Part shown: positions 1 through 8,250 of the stretch, piece by piece
How positions within the stretch are numbered: position 1 is the stretch's first letter
Layout of the letters: each line of letters starts with the position of its first letter
Source of the DNA: Octopus sinensis
Lineage: Eukaryota
DNA: 9,857 nt
Assembly (NCBI RefSeq): GCF_006345805.1
Contig: NW_021827817.1
Span: 1-9,857, forward strand
Direction: 5' to 3'
Made by a program: the position numbers and the translations under genes
Notes under the pieces: generated by a model
What the model was told of the DNA's origin: nothing
Databases searched by the model: none
Seen by the model: only the letters and a program-made list of their open reading frames with translations

Positions 1-37
1 ACATTAAAACAAATGCTAGTATAATAATTTTTATTAT

Positions 38-540
38 TATGAGGGTCCGCTGAAATGTTCATAATCTGAGCAAGACACTCTCAAGGGAATGTGACCAAAA
101 TGAAGTTCATTTTCTAACACAGTTCCTCTTACTGTCCACACACTTCCATAGTTGTTGCAGTACTTGGGTCGCACTGGTGTGAAGAAGCTTTTCTGTTGAT
201 CAAATGGTCATCAACAACAGATAAGATGTTTCATCATAGTGATACTGGTGCAGCTGATGTTTTCTATGTTGGGGAACATGATAACCAGAAGGAACCAAAT
301 CACTAACATAGGAGGATGATCAACCAGTTCAAAGCCAGTCACATACAGCAGCCATTGAAAACAAGGGACTTGTGTGCTGTGAAGCATTGTCCTAATGAAA
401 CAAAACCCCATTCATCAGTTTTTCTGGGTGTTTGGTCTTGATAGCCTTTCATAACTGCCTTAGGAAGGTGGTATTGAAATTTCCATTGATGGTGTGATCC
501 TTTTGAAGATAGCCAATATAAACACAATATTTTGTGCATT
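38..540 (-). mobile_element. Decayed Tc1/mariner (mariner-type DD34D) transposon, 3' part of transposase plus right terminus
   Basis: Manual minus-strand translation across frameshifts and stops gives YIGYLQKDHTING...FLRQL*KAIKTKHPEKLMNGVLFH*DNA..AHKSLV...GFELVDHPP...DLVPSGYH..FPN...DQQKSFF...KCVDSKRNCVRK* (stop at 107-109). This follows the mariner C-terminal pattern (HQDNA, HPPYSPDLAPSD, KCV..G.YVEK). The end reads TA|TGAGGGTCCGCTGAAATGTTC at 38-60, fitting a TA target plus a CGAGGG-type TIR with CpG decay. The left TIR and N-terminal half are absent. Confidence 0.87.
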
Positions 541-855
541 AATGCATAGTATATATAATACTGTGAAGTATATTTTGCATATTTAAATGTTAAATTTTGG
601 AAATGTATCAAGCAGAGCTAAAATAAGCAGTAAAAATACAAAGTGCAAGTATTTCAAAATGTGGGACACTACATGACAAAAACTAACAAAAAAAGGAAGA
701 AAATAGTGGTGCTTGTGTTCCAAAGGTACAATGAGAAGGCGCAGGAGAAGGATAGCGAGATGGGGTAGAGGGAAGGAAGTTAGAAGGAAAGAAAAGAATG
801 AAAAGTGAAAAGATAAACTGGGGATCTCAAATGAGTAATAGGCAGGAAATTGGTC

Positions 856-1042
856 CCTGTACCGGTGGCACGTAAAAACAGCACCCACTACACTCTCAGA
901 GTGGTTGGCGTTAGGAAGGGTATCCAGCTGTACAAAACACTGCCAGATCAGACTGGAGCCTGGTGCAGCCTCCTGGCTTCCCAGGCCCCAGTCGAACCAT
1001 TCAACCTATTCCAGCATGGAAAATGAACATTAAACGATGATG
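856..1042 (+). mobile_element. 3' portion of a SINE-like repeat with (GAT)n tail
   Basis: Contains GTGGTTGGCGTTAGGAAGGGTATCCAGCTGTA and ends ...CCAGCATGGAAAATGAACATTAAACGATGATG. I recognise both from memory as the central and tail segments of an abundant octopus SINE. No pol III head is visible, so it is 5'-truncated. Confidence 0.72.
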
Positions 1043-1099
1043 TCTTACCTATGCACTGGTCAAGTAGAAAAACGATGAGTGACAAAAAATTGGATTGTC

Positions 1100-1330
1100 T
1101 TTTGGTACCAAAAAGTGAAGAAAGAGAGTAGAAAAGGATAGGGAAGAGCAAGTAGGAAGAAAGAGAGAGTGCGGAGAGAAATAGGGAATAAAGATAGACA
1201 GTAGGTAGTTGACAGAGATGTACAGAGAAGAAATGGAAGGCAGCAGTAAAGAGAGAAAAAGCAGCAGATAGGTAGATAGGTAGATAGAGGGGAGAAGGAC
1301 GAGAAGAGAAATAGATAGAAAAGAGAGCAG
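1100..1330. repeat. Purine-rich (GA/GATA) low-complexity tract
   Basis: Almost all A/G on the + strand with AGATAG/GAGA motifs; explains the Leu/Ser/Phe-rich minus-strand ORFs. A similar tract lies at about 690-815. Confidence 0.7.
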
Positions 1331-1451
1331 TCTTGCACCAAAATATTGAACACTGCGTAGGGTACCACTGAGTGGGAACAGAAGAGAGTGTGTGACATTA
1401 CATTGACTAACAGAACTAAAATACTGCACAGAAACTCAACAAACACACATA

Positions 1452-2333
1452 TATAATGATAAAGGAAATTGTTGAATACAGTGCTCAGGTGCACTACAAC
1501 TAAAAAGAAAAAAAAAATGGCCATCAGGTGTACTGTTGGCAGATTTCAGGACACAAGTTTTGAAGGATTGTAGTGTATGACAGCTAACAACTGATGCAGG
1601 TGGTTTATTCCATGCTTCTGCAATTCTGAGCATGAAAAATTGTTTCCGAAAGTCAGGGTGTGCTGTGTTGTTTTTTTGATTTTATAAGCATGTCCGTGAG
1701 TGATTGTCATATGGAATTCAAAAAGTTACCCAAGGTTGTTGCTGGAAATATGGTGGATAATCTTGTGGGTGTCAATCAAGTCAGTTGCCAGACGTCTGGG
1801 CTTCAATGTATCCATGCCCAGAAATGCAAGACGTTCAGAGTAAGGTAGATGTCTGACGGTGGGTATTCGCTTTGTTGCACATTTCTGAACAGTTTCCAGG
1901 GGATTTATATGCTGAGAAAGAGAGGGGTTCCAGACTGGTGATGCAAATCCCAAGTGTGGACATACCATTGTTGTATACAATCTTAAATAGATAACTGGAG
2001 AGTGGCTGACAAAGGTCTTACTGACAGATGCAGGCACCACCTCAGCCTTTTTGACAAACTTAGATATGTGGTTTGTCCAATGCAGATTGTTGTTTGCAAT
2101 AATACCCAGAACATTTCCACCAGAAGACTTCTTGAGATTGGTGTTGCTGAGGGAGTATGTAATAGCTTGATTTTTCCTCAGAAAATGCATGGTGACACAC
2201 TTGTCTACAGATAGATTGAGATGCCAGTCAGAGGTCCACTGCTGTATTGTATCCAGATCTGATTGCAGAAGAGGATCTGTACTTTTTATTTCAAGGTACA
2301 GCTTGGTATCATCTGCATATTTCAACACTGAAC
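1452..2333 (-). mobile_element. 5'-truncated CR1-type non-LTR retrotransposon (LINE-A): RT C-terminal half, ORF2 end and 3' UTR
   Basis: ORF 1726..2484 contains SVLKYADDTKLY, LQSDLDTIQQW, KCVTMHF, LGII, HISKFVKKA, LYTTMVCPHL.FASPVWNP, LETVQKCATK, YSERL and RRLATDLIDTHKII. After one stop it continues HGHAYKIKK..DFRKQFFMLRIAEAWNKPPASVV...SFK, the typical CR1/L2-group ORF2 C-terminus. The 3' end GTGCACCTGAGCACTGTATTCAACAATTTC plus a short ATT-like tail near 1452-1500 matches a CR1 terminus I recall from octopus. Confidence 0.9.
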
Positions 2334-3252
2334 TTCCCATGAAGATCCGACCAAATTTCCCGGAAGTCAGGAAATCCTGGGAACTTCCCATGAAGTTTCC
2401 GACCAAATTTCCAGGAAGGTAGAAAATCCTCGGATTTTCCGACCATGGAGTTTCCTCGGAACTTCTTATAAAGTTTTCGACCAAATTTCCCGGATGTCAG
2501 GAAATCTACGGAACTTCCCATGAAGTTTTCGACCAAATGTCTCGGGAGTTAGAAAATCATCGGAACTTCGCATGGAGTTTCCGACCAAATCCCCGGAAGT
2601 CAGGATAACCTCGGAACTTCCCATGGAGTTTCGACCAATTTTCCCGGAAGTCAGGAAATTATCCGAACTTCCCATGAAGTTTCCGACCAAATTTCCCGGA
2701 AGTTAGAAAACCTCCGGAACTTTCCATGGAGTTTCCGACCAAATTTCCCGAAAGTCAGAGAATCCTCGGAACTTCCCATGAAATTTTCGACCAATTTTCC
2801 GGAAGAAGAAAATCATCGGCACTTCCCATGAAGTTTTCGACCAAATTTCCTGAAAGTCAGGGAATCCTCCGAACTTCCCATGAAGTTTTCGACCAAATTT
2901 CCCGGAAGTCAGGAAATCTTCAGAACTTCCCATGAAGTTTTGTCCAAAATTTCCCGGAAGGTAGAAAATCCTCGGAACTTCCCATGTAGTTTTCGACCAA
3001 ATTTCCCGGAAGTTAGAAAATCATCGGAACTTCCCATGGAGCTTCGACCAAATTTCCCGGAAGTCAGGAAATCCTCGGAACTTCCCATGAAGTTTTCGAC
3101 CAACATTACCGGGAGTTAGAAAATCCTCGGATTTTTCCATGAAGTTTTCGACCAAATTTCCTGGAAGTTAGAATATCTCTGAAACTTCCCATTAAATTTT
3201 CGACCAAATTTTCCGGAAGTCAGTAAATCCTCGGAACTTCCCGCAAGTTAGA
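2330..3252. repeat. Tandem repeat (satellite/minisatellite) array, ~52-bp unit, ~18 copies
   Basis: Consensus CGGAACTTCCCATGAAGTTTTCGACCAAATTTCCCGGAAGTCAGGAAATCCT (52 nt). The GAACTTCC anchor recurs at 2330, 2381, 2511, 2563, 2614, 2665, 2717, 2769, 2819, 2871, 2923, 2975, 3027, 3078, 3130, 3182 and 3234 (50-52 nt spacing). There is an irregular, deleted unit at ~2431-2470. Units are head-to-tail with no spacers. Confidence 0.97.
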
Positions 3253-3254
3253 CT

Positions 3255-4210
3255 ATGACATATCCCCGAACTATTTTCCATATAAGTGTTATTGTATATA
3301 TTTCTCTTCGGTGTCAAGAGTCTCAACGCTTTCAGACATTTGCGGTAAGACTTAATTGAAGGTATTTTACCAGTGAACATTCCTTGTAACCCTTCAATTT
3401 CATCTATGAGGCCGGATGAGTAAGAATATTAAAATTGTAATCAGTAATACAAACTGCTCAGAACTAGGATTTTCCCTAAAAATAAAACTAACTACCGGTT
3501 CCCTTGTCATGAATGTTCGTAGGATGCAGCCTATGAGTTTGCTGCATTTAAAGGAACATGCATCATTTGACATGATTACACCTAAGTCTCCTGTATGTCA
3601 TTAGTGCTCTGAATCATTACCTTACCTGTGTTCAAATATTGCGATTGGGTGTGAATTCGTTGTAATGAAGAAGCTGAAATTTTGATTCGTATTTTTTCTG
3701 GTTTAGCTCCCAGCCATCGATATTCTTGTGTAATTTTCCTGATGTATACGACGTACTACAGTTAACAGTAGGAGATAAATCTAATTGCGGTTGAGAACAA
3801 GTAATAGGTTGACTCCTACCATATAGGGAGTTAGTTAAAGAACCATTCTCCGACTTTTCCTGTGATACCAGATTTCTTAAATTATGACAGATGATTCCAT
3901 GATCAGTCTTGTCAAAAACGTCCTTATATTAACACTATCAATGTTTAACAGTCATGATCTTTCCCCTTAAGAGATTATTAGAGGTAGTGGTTATAATGCT
4001 GTAACAATTGTGACAGGCAACTTCGTTCAGTTTAATGCCTATACCGAGTGTCGTGTAAGTGGGTTTCCTCCAGGTATTTTTTTGTTTCGGACCAGAGGGC
4101 GTTGGATAATTTTTGACGTGTAAGACGTGAGGGAAATAGGTCTGTAATTTTTAGCTTCAGCACTACTACCTCCTTTGTACCTATATAGGTTTTATTATAG
4201 CTTCTTTTAA
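3255..4210 (-). mobile_element. Heavily decayed CR1-type LINE reverse transcriptase (LINE-B), not captured by the ORF track
   Basis: Manual minus-strand translation across many frameshifts and stops yields motifs in the correct order: LKEAIIKPI.YKGGSSAEAKNYRPISLTSYTSKII (4210-4105), RSCLSQLLQHY (~4025-3993), VFDKTDHGIICHNLRN-GITGKVGEW (~3920-3843), SKFQLLHY (~3685-3662), DLGVIMSNDA (~3588-3559), IGCILRTFMTREP, KILVLSSLYY, EIEGLQGMFTGKI, LKALRL, LIWKIVRGY (~3285-3260). Confidence 0.82.
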
Positions 4211-4211
4211 T

Positions 4212-4346
4212 ACTTTAAGAGTTTGTGATCATGCCCACGAAGACCTCTATCCGGCGCAGGGGTGAAAATCTCCGCAAATGGTAGGTTTACATGTCCGATG
4301 AAGATGTTGAAAGTCGGATGAGATCTCCCTGCAACCTCCGTCGTTT
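4212..4346 (-). mobile_element. Short C-terminal fragment of a third CR1-type LINE (LINE-C)
   Basis: Minus strand with one frameshift reads SLKRRRLQGDLI/FNIFIGHVNLPFAEIFTPAPDRGLRGHDHKLLK, matching the RRLRGDLI...LRGH.xKL ORF2 tail of CR1/L2-group elements. The second half is visible at the end of ORF 4207..4602. Confidence 0.72.
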
Positions 4347-4350
4347 GAGT

Positions 4351-4377
4351 GAAAGGAAACTGAAAAGAAGCCTGTCG

Positions 4378-4413
<36 letters not shown>

Positions 4414-4490
4414 CGTCTGTGTATGTGCGTGTGTGTGTGTGTGTGCGTGTGCGTATACATTTGTGTGTTTGTGTCTGTGTTTGTATGCCC
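4351..4490 (+). mobile_element. Internal fragment of the tRNA-derived SINE family seen at 4784-5200
   Basis: GGAAACTGAAAAGAAGCCTGTCGTATATAT...GTGTCTGTGTTTGT is the reverse complement of 4990-5068 (ACAAACACAGACAC...ATATACGACGGGCTTCTTTCAGTTTCC); directly verifiable within the window. Confidence 0.82.
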
Positions 4491-4544
4491 ACATGCATAT
4501 ATTAATCCAAATGAAAATCATGTGTTCGATCCACATCCGGGGCA

Positions 4545-4783
4545 TTACACACACATACAAACGCACACTCAGACATACACACACATGCATGCATATGTAC
4601 ATGTATGTATGTATGTATGTATGTATGTATGTATATATGCATATATATATTATTTATATTATTATATATATGTGTATATGTGTGTATTTGTATATGCATA
4701 TATATCCATATGTATATGCATGTATATATATTTTTACATGAATACACGCACATGTAAATACATACATACATATATGTATATAT
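4545..4783. repeat. Compound (CA)n/(TATG)n/(TA)n microsatellite
   Basis: Alternating purine-pyrimidine runs, including perfect (TATG)n at ~4583-4632. Confidence 0.9.
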
Positions 4784-5200
4784 ACTCTCTTTACTCTTTA
4801 CTCTTTACTCTTTTACTTGTTTCAGTCATTTGAGTGCGGCCATGGTGGAGCACCGCCTTTAGTCGAGCAACTCGACCCCGGGACTTATTCTTTGTAAGTC
4901 CAGTACTTATTCTATCGGTCTCTTTTGCCGAACCGCTAAGTGACGGGGATATAAACACACCAGCATCGGTTGTCAAGCAATGCTAGGGGGACAAACACAG
5001 ACACACAAACATAAACGCACACACACATATATATATACATATATACGACGGGCTTCTTTCAGTTTCCGTCTACCAAATCCACTAACAAGGATTTGGTCGT
5101 CTGGAGGCTATAGTAGAAGACACTTGCCTAAGGTGCCACGCAGTGGGACTGAACCCGGAACCATGTGGTTGGTAAGCCAGCTACTTACACACAGCCATGC
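4784..5200 (-). mobile_element. Near full-length tRNA-derived SINE (CORE-like centre, internal TA/TG microsatellite, (AAAGAGT)n tail)
   Basis: Minus strand: A-box-like TGGCTGTGTGTAAG, B-box GGTTCAGTCCC, and CORE-like CACCTTAGGCAAGTGTCTT. The tail GACTGAAACAAGTAAAAGAGTAAAGAGTAAAGAGTAAAGAG lies at 4786-4828. It is homologous to the + copy at 7777-8030. The CORE-SINE assignment is from memory of octopus SINEs. Confidence 0.9.
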
Positions 5201-5696
5201 ATGTATATATATACACTTTTGCATGTGTGTATGTGCGCGTGTGCGTGTGGGTGCGCGTGCGACTGTGTGCATAGGGGAGGGCGTGAGTGTGTAGACAGTT
5301 TAACGATTTCCGAAAAACACCCTCCCCCCCACCGCCAACAACAACACCAACAACAATGCATTTCCTGAAAAATCAACAGTAACAAAAATTAAATAACAAA
5401 CATAAGGTGTGTGGGTGCAGCGGGGGTTGGGTGGCAATGGAATGGAAGAATGGCATCTAAAAATGAGAAACGGTAAAAAACAAAATAAAAAACACAAAAA
5501 AAAAGAGAGTGAAACGAGACTGGAGTAAAAAAAAAATAAACATACACAAGAAAGCAAGAAAACCATCACAAAAGCCGCATCAATTGACGAGGGCGAAAAA
5601 CTGCAGCAGTCAGCATCATTTTTTTTAGTGTCAATAACAGCGATGTTAAAAGACAACTGTAGCAAAACCATCGTGGACATTAGCATTCTCAGAAGA

Positions 5697-5940
5697 CATC
5701 ATCATCATCATCATCATCATCATCACCATCACCATCATCATCATCATCATCATCATCACCACAATCATCCCCATCATCATCATCATCATCATCATCATCC
5801 CCATCATCATCATCATCATCACCACAATCATCCCCATCATCATCATCATCATCGAATCATCATCATCATAATCACCATCATCATCATCATCATCATCATC
5901 ATCATTATCATCATCACCATCACATCATCATCATCATATC

Positions 5941-5972
<32 letters not shown>

Positions 5973-6020
5973 CACCACATCATCCCCATCATCATCATCA
6001 TCCCATCGAATCATCAATCA

Positions 6021-6059
<39 letters not shown>

Positions 6060-6083
6060 TATCATCATCATCACCATACAGCA

Positions 6084-6117
<34 letters not shown>

Positions 6118-6169
6118 TCACCAGCACCATCATCATCATCATCATCATCACATCATCATCATCATCATC
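5697..6169. repeat. Long interrupted (CAT)n microsatellite (~470 bp), followed by a short (GTC)n/(GGC) run at 6180-6205
   Basis: Direct reading; produces the poly-His/Ile/Ser and poly-Met/Asp ORFs. Confidence 0.97.
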
Positions 6170-6344
6170 GGTTTTGGTCTCGTCGTCGTCGTCGTCGGCG
6201 GCGTCTTCGGAAAGAAATAAATGAAGAAAGAATACACTACAGCAATACCAAGAAATGCAAGGCGACGAAATAAAAAAAAAAACACGAATATTAATACAGC
6301 AATATTGGTTCATTCTTATCAAACCAACCTCTCAACCCACCTCA

Positions 6345-6823
6345 CACCCATACACACACATGGATATATCTGCATATGCACGTATGTATACATACATACA
6401 TATATGTATATATACACACATGCACACACACACACACATGTATATATATATATATATATATATATACAAACATACACACACGCACGCACACACACAAATG
6501 TATATATGCGAATATGTGCAGATATAATACTATATATATTTATATATATATATATATGTATGTATATATATATATACATATACACACACACACATATATA
6601 TATATAATTTATATACATATATATATATATATATTACATATATATATATATATATATCTATTGTATTTTTATGTCATATATATAGATATGCAAATATATA
6701 TGTATATGCATATACTTCTATATTTTTGTCTATATACATATAGATATGTATAAATACGTATGTAACACACATACACACACACACACACACACACAACAAA
6801 AACACACACATACGCGCGCGTAT
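6345..6823. repeat. Compound (CA)n/(TA)n microsatellite field
   Basis: Direct reading; ends in the palindrome ATACGCGCGCGTAT (6810-6823). Confidence 0.92.
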
Positions 6824-7002
6824 ACATGTTATTCGCTCGCGTTTCTCCTCTTTCAAATCGTGGACAAGTCATGCTTGTCACTTAATGGTATATTTCATTT
6901 TTCCTACTTATAAATCCGTGGAACTGAACATAAACTGGTATTGAAAAAAAAAAAAGATATTACGAACAAACAAACAAGCAAATTTGCGTTTATGCCTTTT
7001 CG

Positions 7003-7022
7003 TACACACACACACACATGGA

Positions 7023-7063
<41 letters not shown>

Positions 7064-7275
7064 TACATACATACATATATATAATATAAATATGTATGTG
7101 AGTGGGTGTGTGTGCGTGTGAGTGTGTGTGTGCGTGTACGTATGTATGTATGTATGCATGCGAGCATGTACGTATTATTATCTATGTATATGGATATAGA
7201 AATGTGTATGGGCGTATATGGTGTATACCTGTATATCTTTATATATATATATATACATAATATATATATAATATA

Positions 7276-7310
<35 letters not shown>

Positions 7311-7372
7311 ATATATATTATATTGTATATGTATGTTGTGTATGGTTGTACGTATGCGTGTGTGTGTGTGTA
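7003..7372. repeat. Compound (CA)n/(TA)n/(TG)n microsatellite field
   Basis: Direct reading. Confidence 0.9.
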
Positions 7373-7479
7373 AGTGCATCCATTATATCAAAAAGAGGAA
7401 AAAAAAATATATATGAATGTAATCTTAATGATGATTCTGTTAGTGATTACGACGGCGATGGAGGCGAAAACCGTAGCAT

Positions 7480-7517
<38 letters not shown>
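7480..7517. repeat. (GAT)n microsatellite
   Basis: About 12 perfect TGA/GAT units. Confidence 0.95.
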
Positions 7518-7776
7518 TTAAGAATAATAATATTAAGAAAAAATAATAGTAATAATAAATACCACAATAAATAGAATAAAATCAAATACATCTGAGTTTG
7601 TATCTGTTGTTTATATCGTAGCCTTTGAATATTTAAGCCAGCTTTGTAAAGCAAGGACGCAAGAATTACAGCTAAATATATGCTTGCTAAGCTGGAATCT
7701 CTGTATGATCGAAATCTCTCAAATGTTGGGTACTCTAACAAAATAAATTGTCAAAAAAAAAATTGTGTCTTTCATA

Positions 7777-8030
7777 GGCGTAGGAGTGGCTGTGTGGTAA
7801 GTAACTTGCTTACGAACCACATGGTTCCGGGTTCAGCCCCACGCGTGGAAATTTGGGCAAGTGTCTTCTACTATAACCTCGGTCTGACCAAACCCTTGTG
7901 AGTGTATGCAAAAGAGGCCGACAGAATAAGTACTAGGCTTACAAAGAATAAGTCCTGGAGTCGATTTTTTTCGACTAAAGGTGTTGCTCCAGCATGCCCA
8001 CAGTCAAATGACTGAAACAAGTAAAAGAGT
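7777..8030 (+). mobile_element. tRNA-derived SINE (same family as 4784-5200) with ~150-bp internal deletion
   Basis: Head GGCGTAGGAGTGGCTGTGTGGTAAG, B-box GGTTCAGCCCC, TTTGGGCAAGTGTCTTCTACTATA, then a jump at 7904-7908 directly to GCAAAAGAGGCCGACAGAATAAGTACT...GACTGAAACAAGTAAAAGAGT. The skipped segment corresponds to ~4929-5079 of the other copy. Confidence 0.9.
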
Positions 8031-8243
8031 ATTATTTTGGCAGAAGGCTGTAAAATTCGGGTTAATGGCTAAATCGTTTATATCGGCCCTCAGCGTTCAA
8101 CAGGTGCTTATTTTTATCGACTCCTGAAGGGACAAATGGAAAAGTCGACCTCGGCGGAATTTGAACTCGGAATGTAAAAACGGACGAAATGATGCGAAGC
8201 TCTTCGCCCGGACTGCTGGCGTTTCTATCAAGTCACCGCCTTT
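8031..8243 (-). mobile_element. tRNA-derived SINE, second family (diverged copy)
   Basis: Minus strand: AAGGCGGTGACTTGATAGAAACG...B-box GAGTTCAAATTCC (8156-8168), then GCCGAGGTCGACTTTT...GAGTCGATAAAAATAAGCACC. It aligns by eye with 8733-8922 and sits tail-to-tail with the 7777 copy. Confidence 0.8.
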
Positions 8244-8250
8244 CACTGCC

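Noticed and set aside
2330-3252. CRISPR array or iteron-type origin
   Set aside because: Units are contiguous with no unique spacers, there are no cas or rep genes, and the context is eukaryotic.
2189-3380. Cluster of short ORFs with repeating MGSSEDFLTSGKFGRKLHGKF peptides as a repeat protein
   Set aside because: The unit length of 52 is not a multiple of 3, so frames rotate and hit stops every few units; ORFs appear on both strands. They are by-products of the satellite.
1452-4210. One LINE split in two by satellite insertion
   Set aside because: Both flanking pieces contain the same post-YADD RT region with different sequences and very different decay, so they are separate elements.
4212-4346. 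Horizontal transfer of LINE-C (peptide reminded me of flatworm CR1-like tails)
   Set aside because: The RRLRGDLI/RGH.xKL motifs are general to CR1/L2-group LINEs, and 45 codons cannot support a transfer claim without a phylogeny.
4351-4490. Fragment being the exact piece excised from the 7777-8030 SINE
   Set aside because: It covers only part of the missing ~150 bp and the ends do not match; such fragments are expected for a very abundant family.
5085-5200. tRNA genes at the SINE heads (also 7777-7850, 8150-8243, 8855-8922)
   Set aside because: A/B-box-like motifs are present but no full cloverleaf or acceptor stem; they are SINE promoters.
5628-6224. 198-aa histidine-rich protein (cephalopod beak HBP-like idea)
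   Set aside because: No signal peptide, no Gly/Ala-rich context and no splice evidence. The frame drifts His to Ile to Ser with indels, as expected for a neutral (CAT)n tract.
6861-6880. p53-like response element or hairpin GACAAG-TCATG-CTTGTC
   Set aside because: Only a 6-bp stem, and the half-sites are mismatched and mis-spaced; expected by chance.
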